Below are positions 1 through 9,779 of a stretch of 64,000 nt of DNA, piece by piece; within the stretch, counting starts at the first letter, position 1; every line of letters begins with the position of its first letter. Source of the DNA: Chthoniobacterales bacterium (GTDB lineage Bacteria; Verrucomicrobiota; Verrucomicrobiia; Chthoniobacterales; Chthoniobacteraceae); contig JBBQZX010000001.1 in the NCBI GenBank assembly GCA_038207335.1, positions 355,873 to 419,872 of the forward strand, written 5' to 3'. The position numbers and the translations under genes are program-made. The notes beneath the pieces were generated by a model. The model made no database searches. It saw nothing but the letters and a program-made list of their open reading frames with translations, and had not been told where the DNA came from.

Positions 1-631
1 TAGCGCGCCGGCAAAAGTGCAGAGTGCGCTGCTGGAGGCGATGCAGGAGCGGCAGGTGACGATCGGGGATACAACTTACAAATTGGCCGATCCTTTTCTC
101 GTGCTCGCGACGCAGAATCCGCTGGAGCAGGAGGGGACGTATCAGCTCCCGGAGGCGCAGCTCGATCGTTTCATGCTGAAGCTGCACGTCGGATACCCGA
201 CGAAAGTCGAGGAGCGCCAAATCCTCGATCTCATGGGAACGAGCACGCCGAATCTCGACGTGACGCGGATCATCGAGCCGGCCGACATCCTGCGCGCGCG
301 GGCGCTGGTGAACACGATCTACGTGGATGATCGGGTGAAGGATTACATCGTGGATGTGGTCTTCGCGACGCGCGATCCGGGGGCTTACAAACTGAAGCTG
401 GACGGCATGATCCGTTACGGCGCTTCGCCCCGCGCGACGATCGCGCTGACGCTGGCGGCGCGGGCACGGGCGTTCCTCTCAGGCCGCGGATACGTGACGC
501 CGCAGGATGTGAAATCGATCGGCGCGGACGTGCTGCGGCACCGCATCATCGTGAGCTACGAAGCCGAGGCAGAGGAGCTGACGAGCGAGCAGATCGTGGA
601 GCGGATTTTCGCGGGATTAGCAGTGCCCTGA
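1..631 (+). CDS. moxR: MoxR-family AAA+ ATPase, C-terminal part (5' end outside window)
   Basis: APAKVQSALLEAMQE, ATQNPLEQEGTYQLPEAQLDRF and GASPRA motifs; followed by DUF58 and vWA genes. Confidence 0.95.
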   Translation, partial: SAPAKVQSALLEAMQERQVTIGDTTYKLADPFLVLATQNPLEQEGTYQLPEAQLDRFMLKLHVGYPTKVEERQILDLMGTSTPNLDVTRIIEPADILRARALVNTIYVDDRVKDYIVDVVFATRDPGAYKLKLDGMIRYGASPRATIALTLAARARAFLSGRGYVTPQDVKSIGADVLRHRIIVSYEAEAEELTSEQIVERIFAGLAVP

Positions 632-642
632 CTGCGCCTCGC

Positions 643-1542
643 ATGGAAAACGCGCGCGACATTCTCAAAAAAATCCGGCGGCTGGAACTGAAGACGCGGG
701 GCATCGTGGAGGCCGCGTTTGCGGGGCAGTATCGGAGCGTGTTCAAGGGGCGCGGGATGAATTTTGAAGAGGTGCGCGAGTATCAGCCGGGGGATGAGGT
801 GCGGGCGATCGACTGGAATGTGACGGCGAAATTCAGCGAGGTGCATGGCGCGGCTTACGTGAAAAAATTCACCGAGGAGCGGGAGCTGACGGTGATGCTC
901 GTGGTCGATGTGAGTGCGTCCGGAGACTTCGGGAGCGTGGAGCTGAGCAAGCGAGAACTTGCGGCGGAGGTCGCGTGCTTGTTCGCGTTCAGCGCGATTC
1001 GCAACAACGACAAGGTTGGGCTGATTCTGTTTTCGGATCACGTCGAGCATTTCATCACGCCGAAAAAAGGGCGCGCACACACGATGCGGCTGATCCGGGA
1101 CATTCTCTTTTTCGAGCCGAAAGGTCGCGGCACACAGCCGGGGCCGGCGCTGGATTATCTCAATAAACTCGTGACACGGCGGTCTGTTGTTTTCTTGATT
1201 TCGGATTTTCAGACGCCGGATTTTTCAAAACAACTCGCGGTCACCAGCCGGCGTCACGACTTGATCGCGGTGCCTATCATCGACCCAAAAGAAGAGGCGC
1301 TGCCGGATGTAGGGCGGGTGACGCTCGAGGACGCGGAGACGGGCGAGCAGATCGAGATCGACACGTCCGACCGCGCGGTGCGGCAGAAATATCTCAGCGC
1401 GGTGGAACGGCGGGGCGAGGCGCGATTGCGCGATTTTCGCAAGAAGCGGATCGACGCGATTTCGCTGCGGACGGACGAAGATTACGTCCCGGCGTTGCGC
1501 ACGTTTTTCCGAAACCGCGAGAGGCGACTGATGGTCCGATGA
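643..1542 (+). CDS. DUF58 domain protein (vWA-like MoxR partner)
   Basis: GxGMxFEEVREYQPGDEVRAIDWNVTA, DVSAS and ISDF motifs. Confidence 0.93.
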   Translation: MENARDILKKIRRLELKTRGIVEAAFAGQYRSVFKGRGMNFEEVREYQPGDEVRAIDWNVTAKFSEVHGAAYVKKFTEERELTVMLVVDVSASGDFGSVELSKRELAAEVACLFAFSAIRNNDKVGLILFSDHVEHFITPKKGRAHTMRLIRDILFFEPKGRGTQPGPALDYLNKLVTRRSVVFLISDFQTPDFSKQLAVTSRRHDLIAVPIIDPKEEALPDVGRVTLEDAETGEQIEIDTSDRAVRQKYLSAVERRGEARLRDFRKKRIDAISLRTDEDYVPALRTFFRNRERRLMVR

Positions 1543-2084
1543 CATTCCTCGCCGCGCTCACCGCCGCCACGCCCGCACCTGCTGCGCCCGCAGCGACGCC
1601 TTCGCCGATCCGCGACATCGCGCCGCCGGTGGATGTCTTTCCGTATCCGCCGTGGATGGTTGCGACAGCAGCGGCGCTCGCGCTCGTGCTGCTCGGGATC
1701 GCTGTGTGGCTGGTCATCCGATGGGTGCGATCGCGTCCTGGTGCGCCGCCGCCGAGCGCGCGTGTCCTTGCGACCCGTGAGTTGGATGCGCTGCGGGAGC
1801 AGGTGGAAAAGATGCCGCCCTACAAGTTCAGCATCGCGGTGTCGGATGTACTCCGGCGCTTTGTGGGCGGTCATTTCGGGTTGCACGCCACGCGGCAGAC
1901 GTCGCCGGAATTCCTCGCGGCGATCGGAGGCACGCCGCGCTTCAGCGACGACGATCGAGTGCTGCTCGCGAGCTTTTTGGAGAAGTGCGACATGATCAAA
2001 TTCGCGCACGTCGAGGCGGACAGTGAAGACAGCCGCGAGCTGCTCGGCAGCGCGGTGGCATTCGTGCAGGGGGCGCGCGCATGA
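1539..2084 (+). CDS. Single-TM membrane protein of the Bat operon (DUF4381-like)
   Basis: IRDIAPP, one hydrophobic helix, TSPEFL and DMIKFA; ATGA overlaps with both neighbours. Confidence 0.7.
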   Translation: MTFLAALTAATPAPAAPAATPSPIRDIAPPVDVFPYPPWMVATAAALALVLLGIAVWLVIRWVRSRPGAPPPSARVLATRELDALREQVEKMPPYKFSIAVSDVLRRFVGGHFGLHATRQTSPEFLAAIGGTPRFSDDDRVLLASFLEKCDMIKFAHVEADSEDSRELLGSAVAFVQGARA

Positions 2085-3100
2085 AACTTTTCGGCGAGGA
2101 TTCACTCACGTTTGCGCATCCGTGGATGCTCTGGTTTCTGCTCGCGCTGCCGCTGCTCGCGTGGCTCCGCGGACGGCGCGGGAGCGCGCCTGCGATCGTC
2201 TTTTCCTCGCTCGCGCCGCTGCGCTCGAGCGGGCGTCCACGCCATTCGCACGCGGGCTCGGTGCTGCTTAGCCTGCTGCTCGCGTCGCTCGCGCTTTTCA
2301 TCGTCGCGCTCGCGCGGCCGCAGGAGGGCAAGCAGATGAGCCAGGTGCAGGCGAGCGGGATCGACATCATCCTCGCGCTCGATGTGTCGCGCTCGATGCT
2401 GGCGGAGGATTTCACGATCGGAAAAGACCGCGTGAACCGGGTCGAGGCGGTGAAGGACGTGACGAAAAAATTCATCGAGGGCCGGCCGAACGACCGCATC
2501 GGGATCGTCGCATTCGCGGGCCAGCCATATCTCGTGAGCCCGCTTACGCTCGATCACGACTGGCTGCTGCAAAACATGGATCGCGTGCGCATCGGGCTTG
2601 TGGAAGACGGCACTGCGATCGGCTCGGCGATCGCTTCGGCGGCGAACCGGTTGAAAGAAAAGGAGTCGAAAAGCAAAATCGTGGTGCTGCTCACAGACGG
2701 CGATAACAACTCGGGAAAAGTGACGCCGGTCACGGCTGCGGAGGCCGCGAAGGCGCTTGGAATCAAGGTTTACACGATCGCGGCGGGGACGCGCGGATAC
2801 GCCCCGATGCCGATGCAGGACATGTTTGGCCGCACCGTTTACCAAAATGTGAAAGTAGAAGTGGATGAGGAGACGCTAAAAAAAATCGCGGGAATCGCGA
2901 ACGGGCAATTTTACCGCGCGACGGATTCGAAGTCGCTGGAGGACATTTTCGAGTCGATCGACAAGCTGGAGAAATCGACGGTCGAGCTGAATCGCTACAC
3001 GCAATATCGCGATCTCTTCGCGTGGTTCATCGCATCGGGTTTTGCGCTTCTGGCGCTGCAAGTCGTGCTCGCTCAAACAACGCTGAGGAGGCTGCCATGA
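2081..3100 (+). CDS. batA: BatA-like vWA membrane protein
   Basis: N-terminal FAHPW.LW TM, ALARPQ, MIDAS DVSRSM, GTAIG, LLTDG. Confidence 0.88.
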   Translation: MKLFGEDSLTFAHPWMLWFLLALPLLAWLRGRRGSAPAIVFSSLAPLRSSGRPRHSHAGSVLLSLLLASLALFIVALARPQEGKQMSQVQASGIDIILALDVSRSMLAEDFTIGKDRVNRVEAVKDVTKKFIEGRPNDRIGIVAFAGQPYLVSPLTLDHDWLLQNMDRVRIGLVEDGTAIGSAIASAANRLKEKESKSKIVVLLTDGDNNSGKVTPVTAAEAAKALGIKVYTIAAGTRGYAPMPMQDMFGRTVYQNVKVEVDEETLKKIAGIANGQFYRATDSKSLEDIFESIDKLEKSTVELNRYTQYRDLFAWFIASGFALLALQVVLAQTTLRRLP

Positions 3101-5208
3101 CATTCGGACAGCCGCTGTGGTTTTGGGCGTTCGCGATTTTTCCTGTGCTGATCGCGCTCTACTTTTCCAATGAACGGCAGCGAGGCAAACTCGTGCGAAA
3201 GCTCGTGGCGGCGCGGCTGCAGGATCGGCTCGCGGGGACGGTGAGCGTGGCGAAACGGCGCGCGCGATTCCTCCTCGTGCTGCTCGGGATGGCGGGCGTG
3301 ATCCTGGCGCTCACGGAGCCTCGCTATGGCTACACGTGGGAGCAGAGCAAGCGGAATGGGCGCGACGTGATCATCGCGATCGATACGTCGAAAAGCATGC
3401 TCGCGACCGACCTCGCGCCGGACCGCCTCACGCGTGCGAAGCTCGCGGCGCAGGACTTGATCAATCAGCTCGGCGGCGACCGCGTGGGGCTCATCGCGTT
3501 TGCGGGCACGGCGTTTTTGCAGGCGCCGCTCACGGTTGATTACAGCGCGGTCGTCGGTGCGCTGAACGAGCTGGATACCGGGATCATCCCGCAGGGCGGC
3601 ACGAACATCGCGTCGGCGATCAAGACGGCGCGCGATGCGTTTGGGAAAGGCGAGGGAGATCACCGCGCGCTCATCATTTTCACCGATGGCGAAGACCTCG
3701 AGGCGGCTGGCGAGCAGGCGGCGGAAGAGTTGAAAGACGCGGCGCGGATTTTTACAGTCGGGCTTGGTTCGGCGGAGGGGTCGCTCATCCCGGTGCCGGA
3801 CGGTGGTGGCGGCGGTTTCGTGAAAGACGCGAGCGGGCAAATCGTGAAGTCGCGGCTCGATGAGGCGCGGCTCAGGAAAATTGCGGAAGCCACGGGCGGC
3901 TTTTATGTTCAGCTCCAAAGCGGGCGCGCCGACACCGAGCGCCTCGTCCGCGACGGCCTCGGAAAAATGAACGAACAAGACATTGATGCGAAACTTTCGC
4001 GCCAGCCGATCGAACGGTATGAATGGCCGCTGGGCGCAGGTGCGCTATTGCTCGCGGCGTCGATGCTGATTGGCGAACGGCGCGCCGCTTCACGGCTGAA
4101 AACGCAGCTCGCGATAGCGTTGCTCGTGGCAGCGTTTGGAAGTTCCGCATGGGCAAAAAACAGCGGGGTCGAGGCTTATGACCGGCAGGAATACAAAGAC
4201 GCACTCGGGTATTTCAAAGATCAGCTCAAGCTCCAGCCGGAGTCGCCGGCGCTGCATTTCGATCTCGGCAACGCGGCTTACAAATCCGGTGATTTGGACA
4301 CGGCGCTGCACGCGTTCAGCCAGGCGGTGACTTCGACGGATCCGCAGCTCCGCGCGAAGGCGGAATACAATTTGGGCAACACGCTTTTCGAGCGAGGTGC
4401 GGCGCAGAAGGAGAAGGAGCCTAAGATTCAGGAATGGAAAAATGCGCTGCAGCACTACGGGCAGACGCTGAAAGTCGATCCGCAAAACAGGGACGCGGAG
4501 TTCAATCGCGACGCGATCGCGAAGCTCATCGCAGAGCTGGAGAAAGAGCCGCCGAAGCAAGACGAGAAGAAGAAAGAGGACGAAAAGAAGGACGAAAAGA
4601 AGGACGAAAAGAAGGACGAAAAGAAGGACGAAAAGAAGGACGAAAAGAAGGACGAAAAGAAGGACGAAAAGAAGGACAAAAAAAAAGATCAGAAACAGGA
4701 TCAGGGTGAGGATCAGAAAGATCAGCAGCAGGGCGGCGAGAAGGATCAAAAAGAGCAGGAGAAAAAAGACCAACAATCCGGGTCGAAAGACCAGCAGCAG
4801 AAGGATCAGCGGGGAGAGCCCGGCGACAAAAAGGAGGGTGAACCGAAAGATCAAAACGGCGAGAAGCCGGGAGAGAAGGGCGGGGAGAAGAAGGAGGATC
4901 AGGCTCCGCAGCCTGGGAAGGAAGGCGACGAGAAAAAGGACGGAATGCCGCCGCAACCACAGCCCGGGCAGGGCGAGCCGGAGAAGAAGCGCGCGGGTGA
5001 ACTCAAGGCGGCGCAAGGGGACAGCAAGCAGGGAGAGCCGAGCGCGGAAGAGCAGCAGGAGGCGGAAGCGCTCGCCGCGGCCGAGGGGAAGATGACGGAG
5101 CAGCAGGCGAAGAATCTTTTGGATTCACTGAAGAATGAAGATCGGCGCGTGCAGCTCACGGACCCGCGAGAAGCGAAACGAATGCGGCGAGATTTTCGCG
5201 ATTGGTGA
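3097..5208 (+). CDS. BatB/BatC-like fusion: vWA + TPR + charged low-complexity tail
   Basis: ATG at 3097 overlaps batA stop; MIDAS DTSKSM; TPR-like YNLGN; K/D/E/Q tail; C-terminal RDW. Confidence 0.85.
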   Translation: MTFGQPLWFWAFAIFPVLIALYFSNERQRGKLVRKLVAARLQDRLAGTVSVAKRRARFLLVLLGMAGVILALTEPRYGYTWEQSKRNGRDVIIAIDTSKSMLATDLAPDRLTRAKLAAQDLINQLGGDRVGLIAFAGTAFLQAPLTVDYSAVVGALNELDTGIIPQGGTNIASAIKTARDAFGKGEGDHRALIIFTDGEDLEAAGEQAAEELKDAARIFTVGLGSAEGSLIPVPDGGGGGFVKDASGQIVKSRLDEARLRKIAEATGGFYVQLQSGRADTERLVRDGLGKMNEQDIDAKLSRQPIERYEWPLGAGALLLAASMLIGERRAASRLKTQLAIALLVAAFGSSAWAKNSGVEAYDRQEYKDALGYFKDQLKLQPESPALHFDLGNAAYKSGDLDTALHAFSQAVTSTDPQLRAKAEYNLGNTLFERGAAQKEKEPKIQEWKNALQHYGQTLKVDPQNRDAEFNRDAIAKLIAELEKEPPKQDEKKKEDEKKDEKKDEKKDEKKDEKKDEKKDEKKDEKKDKKKDQKQDQGEDQKDQQQGGEKDQKEQEKKDQQSGSKDQQQKDQRGEPGDKKEGEPKDQNGEKPGEKGGEKKEDQAPQPGKEGDEKKDGMPPQPQPGQGEPEKKRAGELKAAQGDSKQGEPSAEEQQEAEALAAAEGKMTEQQAKNLLDSLKNEDRRVQLTDPREAKRMRRDFRDW
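4579..4674 (+). repeat. Perfect 12-bp tandem repeat GACGAAAAGAAG x8 (DEKK x8)
   Basis: Counted directly in the sequence. Confidence 0.97.
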
Positions 5209-5223
5209 AACCGCACGAATGAC

Positions 5224-7059
5224 ATGAAAGCGCCCATTTTTCCCAACAATCCACTGGCTCTGCGCGCGCCTGTCGTGGCCGTCCTTTTCGCTCTGCTTGC
5301 GCTCTTTTTTTCACCGCGCGGTGCGCATGGGGCGGCCGTCACGGCTTCGCTCTCTCCGAACTCGATGGCGGTCGGCGATGCGGCGCAATTAACACTGACG
5401 ATCGAGGGCGCGGGGCAACTCAGCGCGCCACGCGAAATCGATGTCGAAGGGCTCACGATCCGCTACAGTCAGCGGGCGCAGCGCGCGGAATTCGCGAACG
5501 GACGCGGTTCGCTGCGCACGGAACTCATCTATACGGTCGAGGCGGAGAAACCGGGGAAGTACACGATCCCGGTGATCGAGGTGCGTTCGGATGGGAATGC
5601 GATTCGGACGGAGCCGGTGGCTTTCACGGTCGATCCGGCGGGGTCGAACGCGCCGCCGGATGCGGGTGGCGGGACGGGGTTTGCGGAGATTTCGCTCGGG
5701 AAGAAAACGGCGTATGTCGGCGAGATGGTTCCCGCGGAATTGCGGCTTTTTGTGCCGTCGGGAGTGCGCTGGCGGGCGGAGCAGATGCCGGTTTTCGAGG
5801 GCGACGGATTTACGAAACAGAAGATGCCGGAGCCGGGGCGCGAGCATCTGCGGCGCGATGGGAAGGATTATGAAGTCGTGGTTTTCAAGACGGCAATCAC
5901 GCCGAGCCGAGCAGGGAAAATCACGGTCGGGCCGACGGACATCGAGTACATCGCGCAGGTGCCGCAGCCGCGGCGAAATCGCGGGCGGTCGCCATTCGAC
6001 GATCTGCTGGGCGACGGATTTTTCGACGACCCGTTCTTTGCGCAAACCCGGGCGAAGAAAGTGACCGCGAAGGCACCTGCGGTGGATCTCGATGTGAAGC
6101 CGCTGCCGGCGGCGGGGCGGCCCGCGAGCTTCTCAGGCGCGATCGGCACGTTTACGTTTTCGGCGGAGGGGTCGCCGGGAAAAGTGAAGGTCTGCGACCC
6201 GCTCACGATGAAGCTGACGGTGACGGGACGCGGGAATTTCGATCGCGTGAATGCGGCACAAATCCGAGATGCGGACGGGTGGCACGCGTATCCATCGACG
6301 GGCGCGTTCAAGGCGGATGACGAACTGGGGACGAGCGGCACGAAGAGCTTTGAGATGGCGGTGATCCCGGAGGTGAAGAAGACGGCGATGCCGGTTTTCG
6401 CGTTCAGTTACTTTAGCCCGATCACGGAAAAATATGTGACGCTCACGAGCGCGCCCGCGCCGCTGGAGGTGGAGGGAACGGCACCCCTGGCTACGAGCGC
6501 GGCAGCCAACTCGGTTGCGGCCGCGGCGACTCCCGTGCCTCCGAAGCCGGTGGTGGTGAACGACATTCTCGGATTGCGATACGATTTCGGCGAGGGGCGG
6601 GGGTCGTTTGAGCCGCGGTATCGGTCGCGGAATTTTGCGATTGCGGCGGCGACGCCGGCGGCACTTATCCTGGCGTTTGCGGCGCTGCGTTCGCGGCGGA
6701 AAGATCAGGCAGCGGAGCGAGTGGCGCGCTTGCAAAAGCGGAAATCGGAGCGGTGGCGCGCGCTGCGAAATGCGCGGGATCGCTCAGGATTTCTGGACGC
6801 CGCTGCGGAGTTGCTGCGACTCGATGCCGCGCTTAAGTCGGGCCTTCCGGAGGCGACGCTCGATGCTGCATTGGTGAAAAGCGTCGCGCGGATCGATGAC
6901 GAGACTGCGACGGCCATCGACGAGGTTTTTGCGAGCCGCGCAGAGCTGCTCTACGCCGGGACTGCGGCGAGCGACGGTGGGCTGCCGGAGCAGGATCGAA
7001 CGCGGATTGTCGCGGCGCTCGAGCGGTACGAAAAGAGCAAGGGAATCCCGAGCCGATGA
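5224..7059 (+). CDS. batD: BatD-family protein
   Basis: Signal peptide, beta-rich repeats, AYVGE, VKPLP...FSGAIG, C-terminal TM; operon position. Confidence 0.85.
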   Translation: MKAPIFPNNPLALRAPVVAVLFALLALFFSPRGAHGAAVTASLSPNSMAVGDAAQLTLTIEGAGQLSAPREIDVEGLTIRYSQRAQRAEFANGRGSLRTELIYTVEAEKPGKYTIPVIEVRSDGNAIRTEPVAFTVDPAGSNAPPDAGGGTGFAEISLGKKTAYVGEMVPAELRLFVPSGVRWRAEQMPVFEGDGFTKQKMPEPGREHLRRDGKDYEVVVFKTAITPSRAGKITVGPTDIEYIAQVPQPRRNRGRSPFDDLLGDGFFDDPFFAQTRAKKVTAKAPAVDLDVKPLPAAGRPASFSGAIGTFTFSAEGSPGKVKVCDPLTMKLTVTGRGNFDRVNAAQIRDADGWHAYPSTGAFKADDELGTSGTKSFEMAVIPEVKKTAMPVFAFSYFSPITEKYVTLTSAPAPLEVEGTAPLATSAAANSVAAAATPVPPKPVVVNDILGLRYDFGEGRGSFEPRYRSRNFAIAAATPAALILAFAALRSRRKDQAAERVARLQKRKSERWRALRNARDRSGFLDAAAELLRLDAALKSGLPEATLDAALVKSVARIDDETATAIDEVFASRAELLYAGTAASDGGLPEQDRTRIVAALERYEKSKGIPSR

Positions 7060-7817
7060 AACTTTTTACCACACATTTTGGAGAACTGCGGGGAGTGATT
7101 CTGCTCTCGCTGCTCGTGCTTGTCCTCGGGTGCGTGGGGAGCGTGCGGGCGGGAGATTTTGAGGCTGGGAACGAGAACTACGATGCGGGGAAATTTGGTG
7201 CGGCTCGCGAGGCTTATGAGCAGATGATCGCGCGCGGTGAGTGGAGCGCGAATGTGTTTTACGATCTCGGAAATGCGGACTTCCGGCTCGGGGAGAAAGG
7301 GCGTGCCGCGCTGAACTACGAGCGCGCGCTCGCGCTGAACCCGAGCCACCCGGAGGCCACTGCGAATCTGCGGCTGGTGCGCGAGCAGTCGGGCGCCCAT
7401 ATCGCTGAGATGACGTGGATCGACCGGCTTTTCCCGCGCGTTTCGGCGGATGTCTATGCGGTGCTGGGCGCGATTGCGGTGACGGCGTTGGTCGCATTTT
7501 TGGTCCTGATGTTTGCGCGCGGAATAGGCGCGGGTTTGTGGCTCGGCTGCATCGCGAGCCTTTTGCTGGCAGGTTACGCGGGCACTGCGCTCTGGCGGGA
7601 TGCTCGGGACTCGTCGCTGGCCGTGATCGTGGGCGACAAAGTCGAGGCGCGTCTCGCGCCGGCAGACCGTGCGGGTGTGGCGGAGTCGCTGCCGCCGGGG
7701 AGCCGTGTGCGCATCCGCAGCGAGCGCGGAGAGTGGATTTACTGCGACCTGCCGGGCAAGGGGCTCGGCTGGCTGCCGTCGGGAGCGCTGGAAAAGATCC
7801 GACTTTCACGCGGATGA
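7056..7817 (+). CDS. batE: BatE-like TPR + TM + SH3-like protein
   Basis: YDLGNA and YERALALNP TPR, two TMs, C-terminal GEW...GWLP. Confidence 0.8.
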   Translation: MKLFTTHFGELRGVILLSLLVLVLGCVGSVRAGDFEAGNENYDAGKFGAAREAYEQMIARGEWSANVFYDLGNADFRLGEKGRAALNYERALALNPSHPEATANLRLVREQSGAHIAEMTWIDRLFPRVSADVYAVLGAIAVTALVAFLVLMFARGIGAGLWLGCIASLLLAGYAGTALWRDARDSSLAVIVGDKVEARLAPADRAGVAESLPPGSRVRIRSERGEWIYCDLPGKGLGWLPSGALEKIRLSRG

Positions 7818-8623
7818 AAATCGCCGCGGTGATCGTCACTTCGATGCTGGCGGTCGTGGCGCAGGGTGCGGATTGGAGGCAGGAGCTATCTCCCGAGGCC
7901 CCAGGGAAATTTCCGCTCTCCCGGCCATTCCACGCGACTTATCGCTTCGGCTGGAGCGCGCTTTCCGCAGCGGATTCGACGTTCGATTTTACGAAAACGA
8001 AAACCGGCGAGGCGCAACTCGACATGTCCGTCAACACGACGGGCGCGGTGCGAAAACTTTTCCGTCTCGACGCGCAGCACACCGCAGTGGCAACCGCCGC
8101 CACGCTGCGTCCCGTGAGCGTGCGGCAAACGGAGATTTACAAAGACGAGACGCTGAAAACGAACCTGGATTTCGATCCCGATGGAGTGCGTCGCACTCGG
8201 ACTTCGGATCATCCGACACCGGGAAACGGGAATGAAAAGCGGCTGAAATTTTCCCCGCTTTTCGACCTGCACACTGCGCTGCTTTTCATCCGCAGCCAGC
8301 GACTGCCGACCGGAGAAACGTACCGGCTCGTGGTCTATCCGTCCGTTGATCCCTACTTCGCGGAGATCACCGTGCTCGGGCGTGGGAAAGTGAAAGCCGG
8401 CGGAGCGTGGTATGACTCGATCAAGCTCGGAATCAAACTGCGGCGTGTGAGCAAGAAACTTGAGTTGCAAAAGCACGACCGTTTCAAGCGCGCAACAGCC
8501 TGGCTCACCGACGACCCCGACCGGATGCTGCTGAAAGTGGAAGCGGAAATCTTCGTGGGGAACGTCTGGGTGGAATTACGAAAAGTCGATTTCCTACCGG
8601 AAGCGACGGAACCCAAACACTGA
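7814..8623 (+). CDS. Exported protein, DUF3108-like
   Basis: ATG at 7814 overlaps the upstream stop; signal peptide; YRFGW and WLTDDPDR pattern. Confidence 0.65.
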   Translation: MKIAAVIVTSMLAVVAQGADWRQELSPEAPGKFPLSRPFHATYRFGWSALSAADSTFDFTKTKTGEAQLDMSVNTTGAVRKLFRLDAQHTAVATAATLRPVSVRQTEIYKDETLKTNLDFDPDGVRRTRTSDHPTPGNGNEKRLKFSPLFDLHTALLFIRSQRLPTGETYRLVVYPSVDPYFAEITVLGRGKVKAGGAWYDSIKLGIKLRRVSKKLELQKHDRFKRATAWLTDDPDRMLLKVEAEIFVGNVWVELRKVDFLPEATEPKH

Positions 8624-8750
8624 ATCGAGAGTCGCCGGAAGGAACACTGCGAATCGCGCCAGCGACTCGTTCAGTGACCTCGCGATCAGCGTAGCCGCGG
8701 AATTTTCGCAGCGTCGGAGCCGGGCAGTGCCCGGCGCCCGATTTGCAGGA

Positions 8751-9629
8751 GTGATCGTCATCTTGAACAACTCGGCTGGGAGCCCTACCGTCGGCGAACA
8801 ACTCCGGCAGCAGGTCGCTGAGTCATTCCGGGCACACGGATTGGCTCCTGAAATCTGGCTCGCCGAAGGGGGTGCAGAGATCCTCGCGTTCGCAAAAAAA
8901 GCGGTTGATAGCGCGGACGAGACGATCGTCGCGGGCGGGGGTGACGGGACGATCAACTGCGTCGCGGGCGCGCTGCTCGGCACCGGCAAGCGTCTCGGCG
9001 TGCTGCCCCTTGGCACGTTGAACCACTTCGCGCGCGACCTCGGAATCCCGCCCGCGCTCGACGCGGCGGCGGCCACGGTCGCCGCCGGGCGAGAGCGCTG
9101 GGTCGATGTCGGCGAGGTGAATGGGCGCGTCTTTCTCAACAACGCGAGCCTCGGCCTGTATCCGCGCATTGTCCGCTCACGCACTCAGCAGCAGGAGCGT
9201 CTCGGGCGAGGAAAGTGGCATGCATTTGCGCTGGCGCTTTTTAGTGCGCTGCACGTTTTTCGCACGCAGCGGCTTTGGCTCCACATCGATGGAAAAGTGA
9301 TGGAGGTACGCACGCCGTTTCTTTTCGTCGGCAACAACGCATACCGCATGGATCTTCTGAAAGTCGGCGGTCGTGAGCAGATGGACGGCGGTGTGCTTAG
9401 CGCCTATTTCGCACGCGGCACAGGGCGGCTCGGACTCATCCCTCTCGCGTGCCGTTCGCTCATCGGGCGACTCCGACAAGCGAAGAATTTCGAGGTGCTG
9501 AACGTCCCGGAGTTCCACGTCAAGACGCACAAACGCTCGCGCCACATCGCGACGGATGGCGAAGTGACACGCATGGATTTCCCGCTCCACTTCCGCATCC
9601 GCCCGCGCGCCCTGCGCGTCATCGCTTGA
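8751..9629 (+). CDS. Diacylglycerol/lipid kinase family protein
   Basis: AGGGDGT, LPLGTLNHFARDLGIP and TDGE motifs; start uncertain (8727 or 8751). Confidence 0.9.
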   Translation: MIVILNNSAGSPTVGEQLRQQVAESFRAHGLAPEIWLAEGGAEILAFAKKAVDSADETIVAGGGDGTINCVAGALLGTGKRLGVLPLGTLNHFARDLGIPPALDAAAATVAAGRERWVDVGEVNGRVFLNNASLGLYPRIVRSRTQQQERLGRGKWHAFALALFSALHVFRTQRLWLHIDGKVMEVRTPFLFVGNNAYRMDLLKVGGREQMDGGVLSAYFARGTGRLGLIPLACRSLIGRLRQAKNFEVLNVPEFHVKTHKRSRHIATDGEVTRMDFPLHFRIRPRALRVIA

Positions 9630-9779
9630 GGCGATCCCCAAGCAGCGTCGGCGCTTCATTTTGCTGCCCTACGTCAGAAGCTCACCACATCCCAGACGCG
9701 CGCCTGCCGAATTTCCACACTCTTATGCGACGAATCCCCGTTGCGGTGGTTCGAGTTTTGGAACACAGAAAGAAACACC

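Noticed and set aside
1..16. Ser in place of the usual Arg in the MoxR NRAPAK motif
   Set aside because: Lies in the first bases of the window, possibly a low-quality contig edge; not interpretable.
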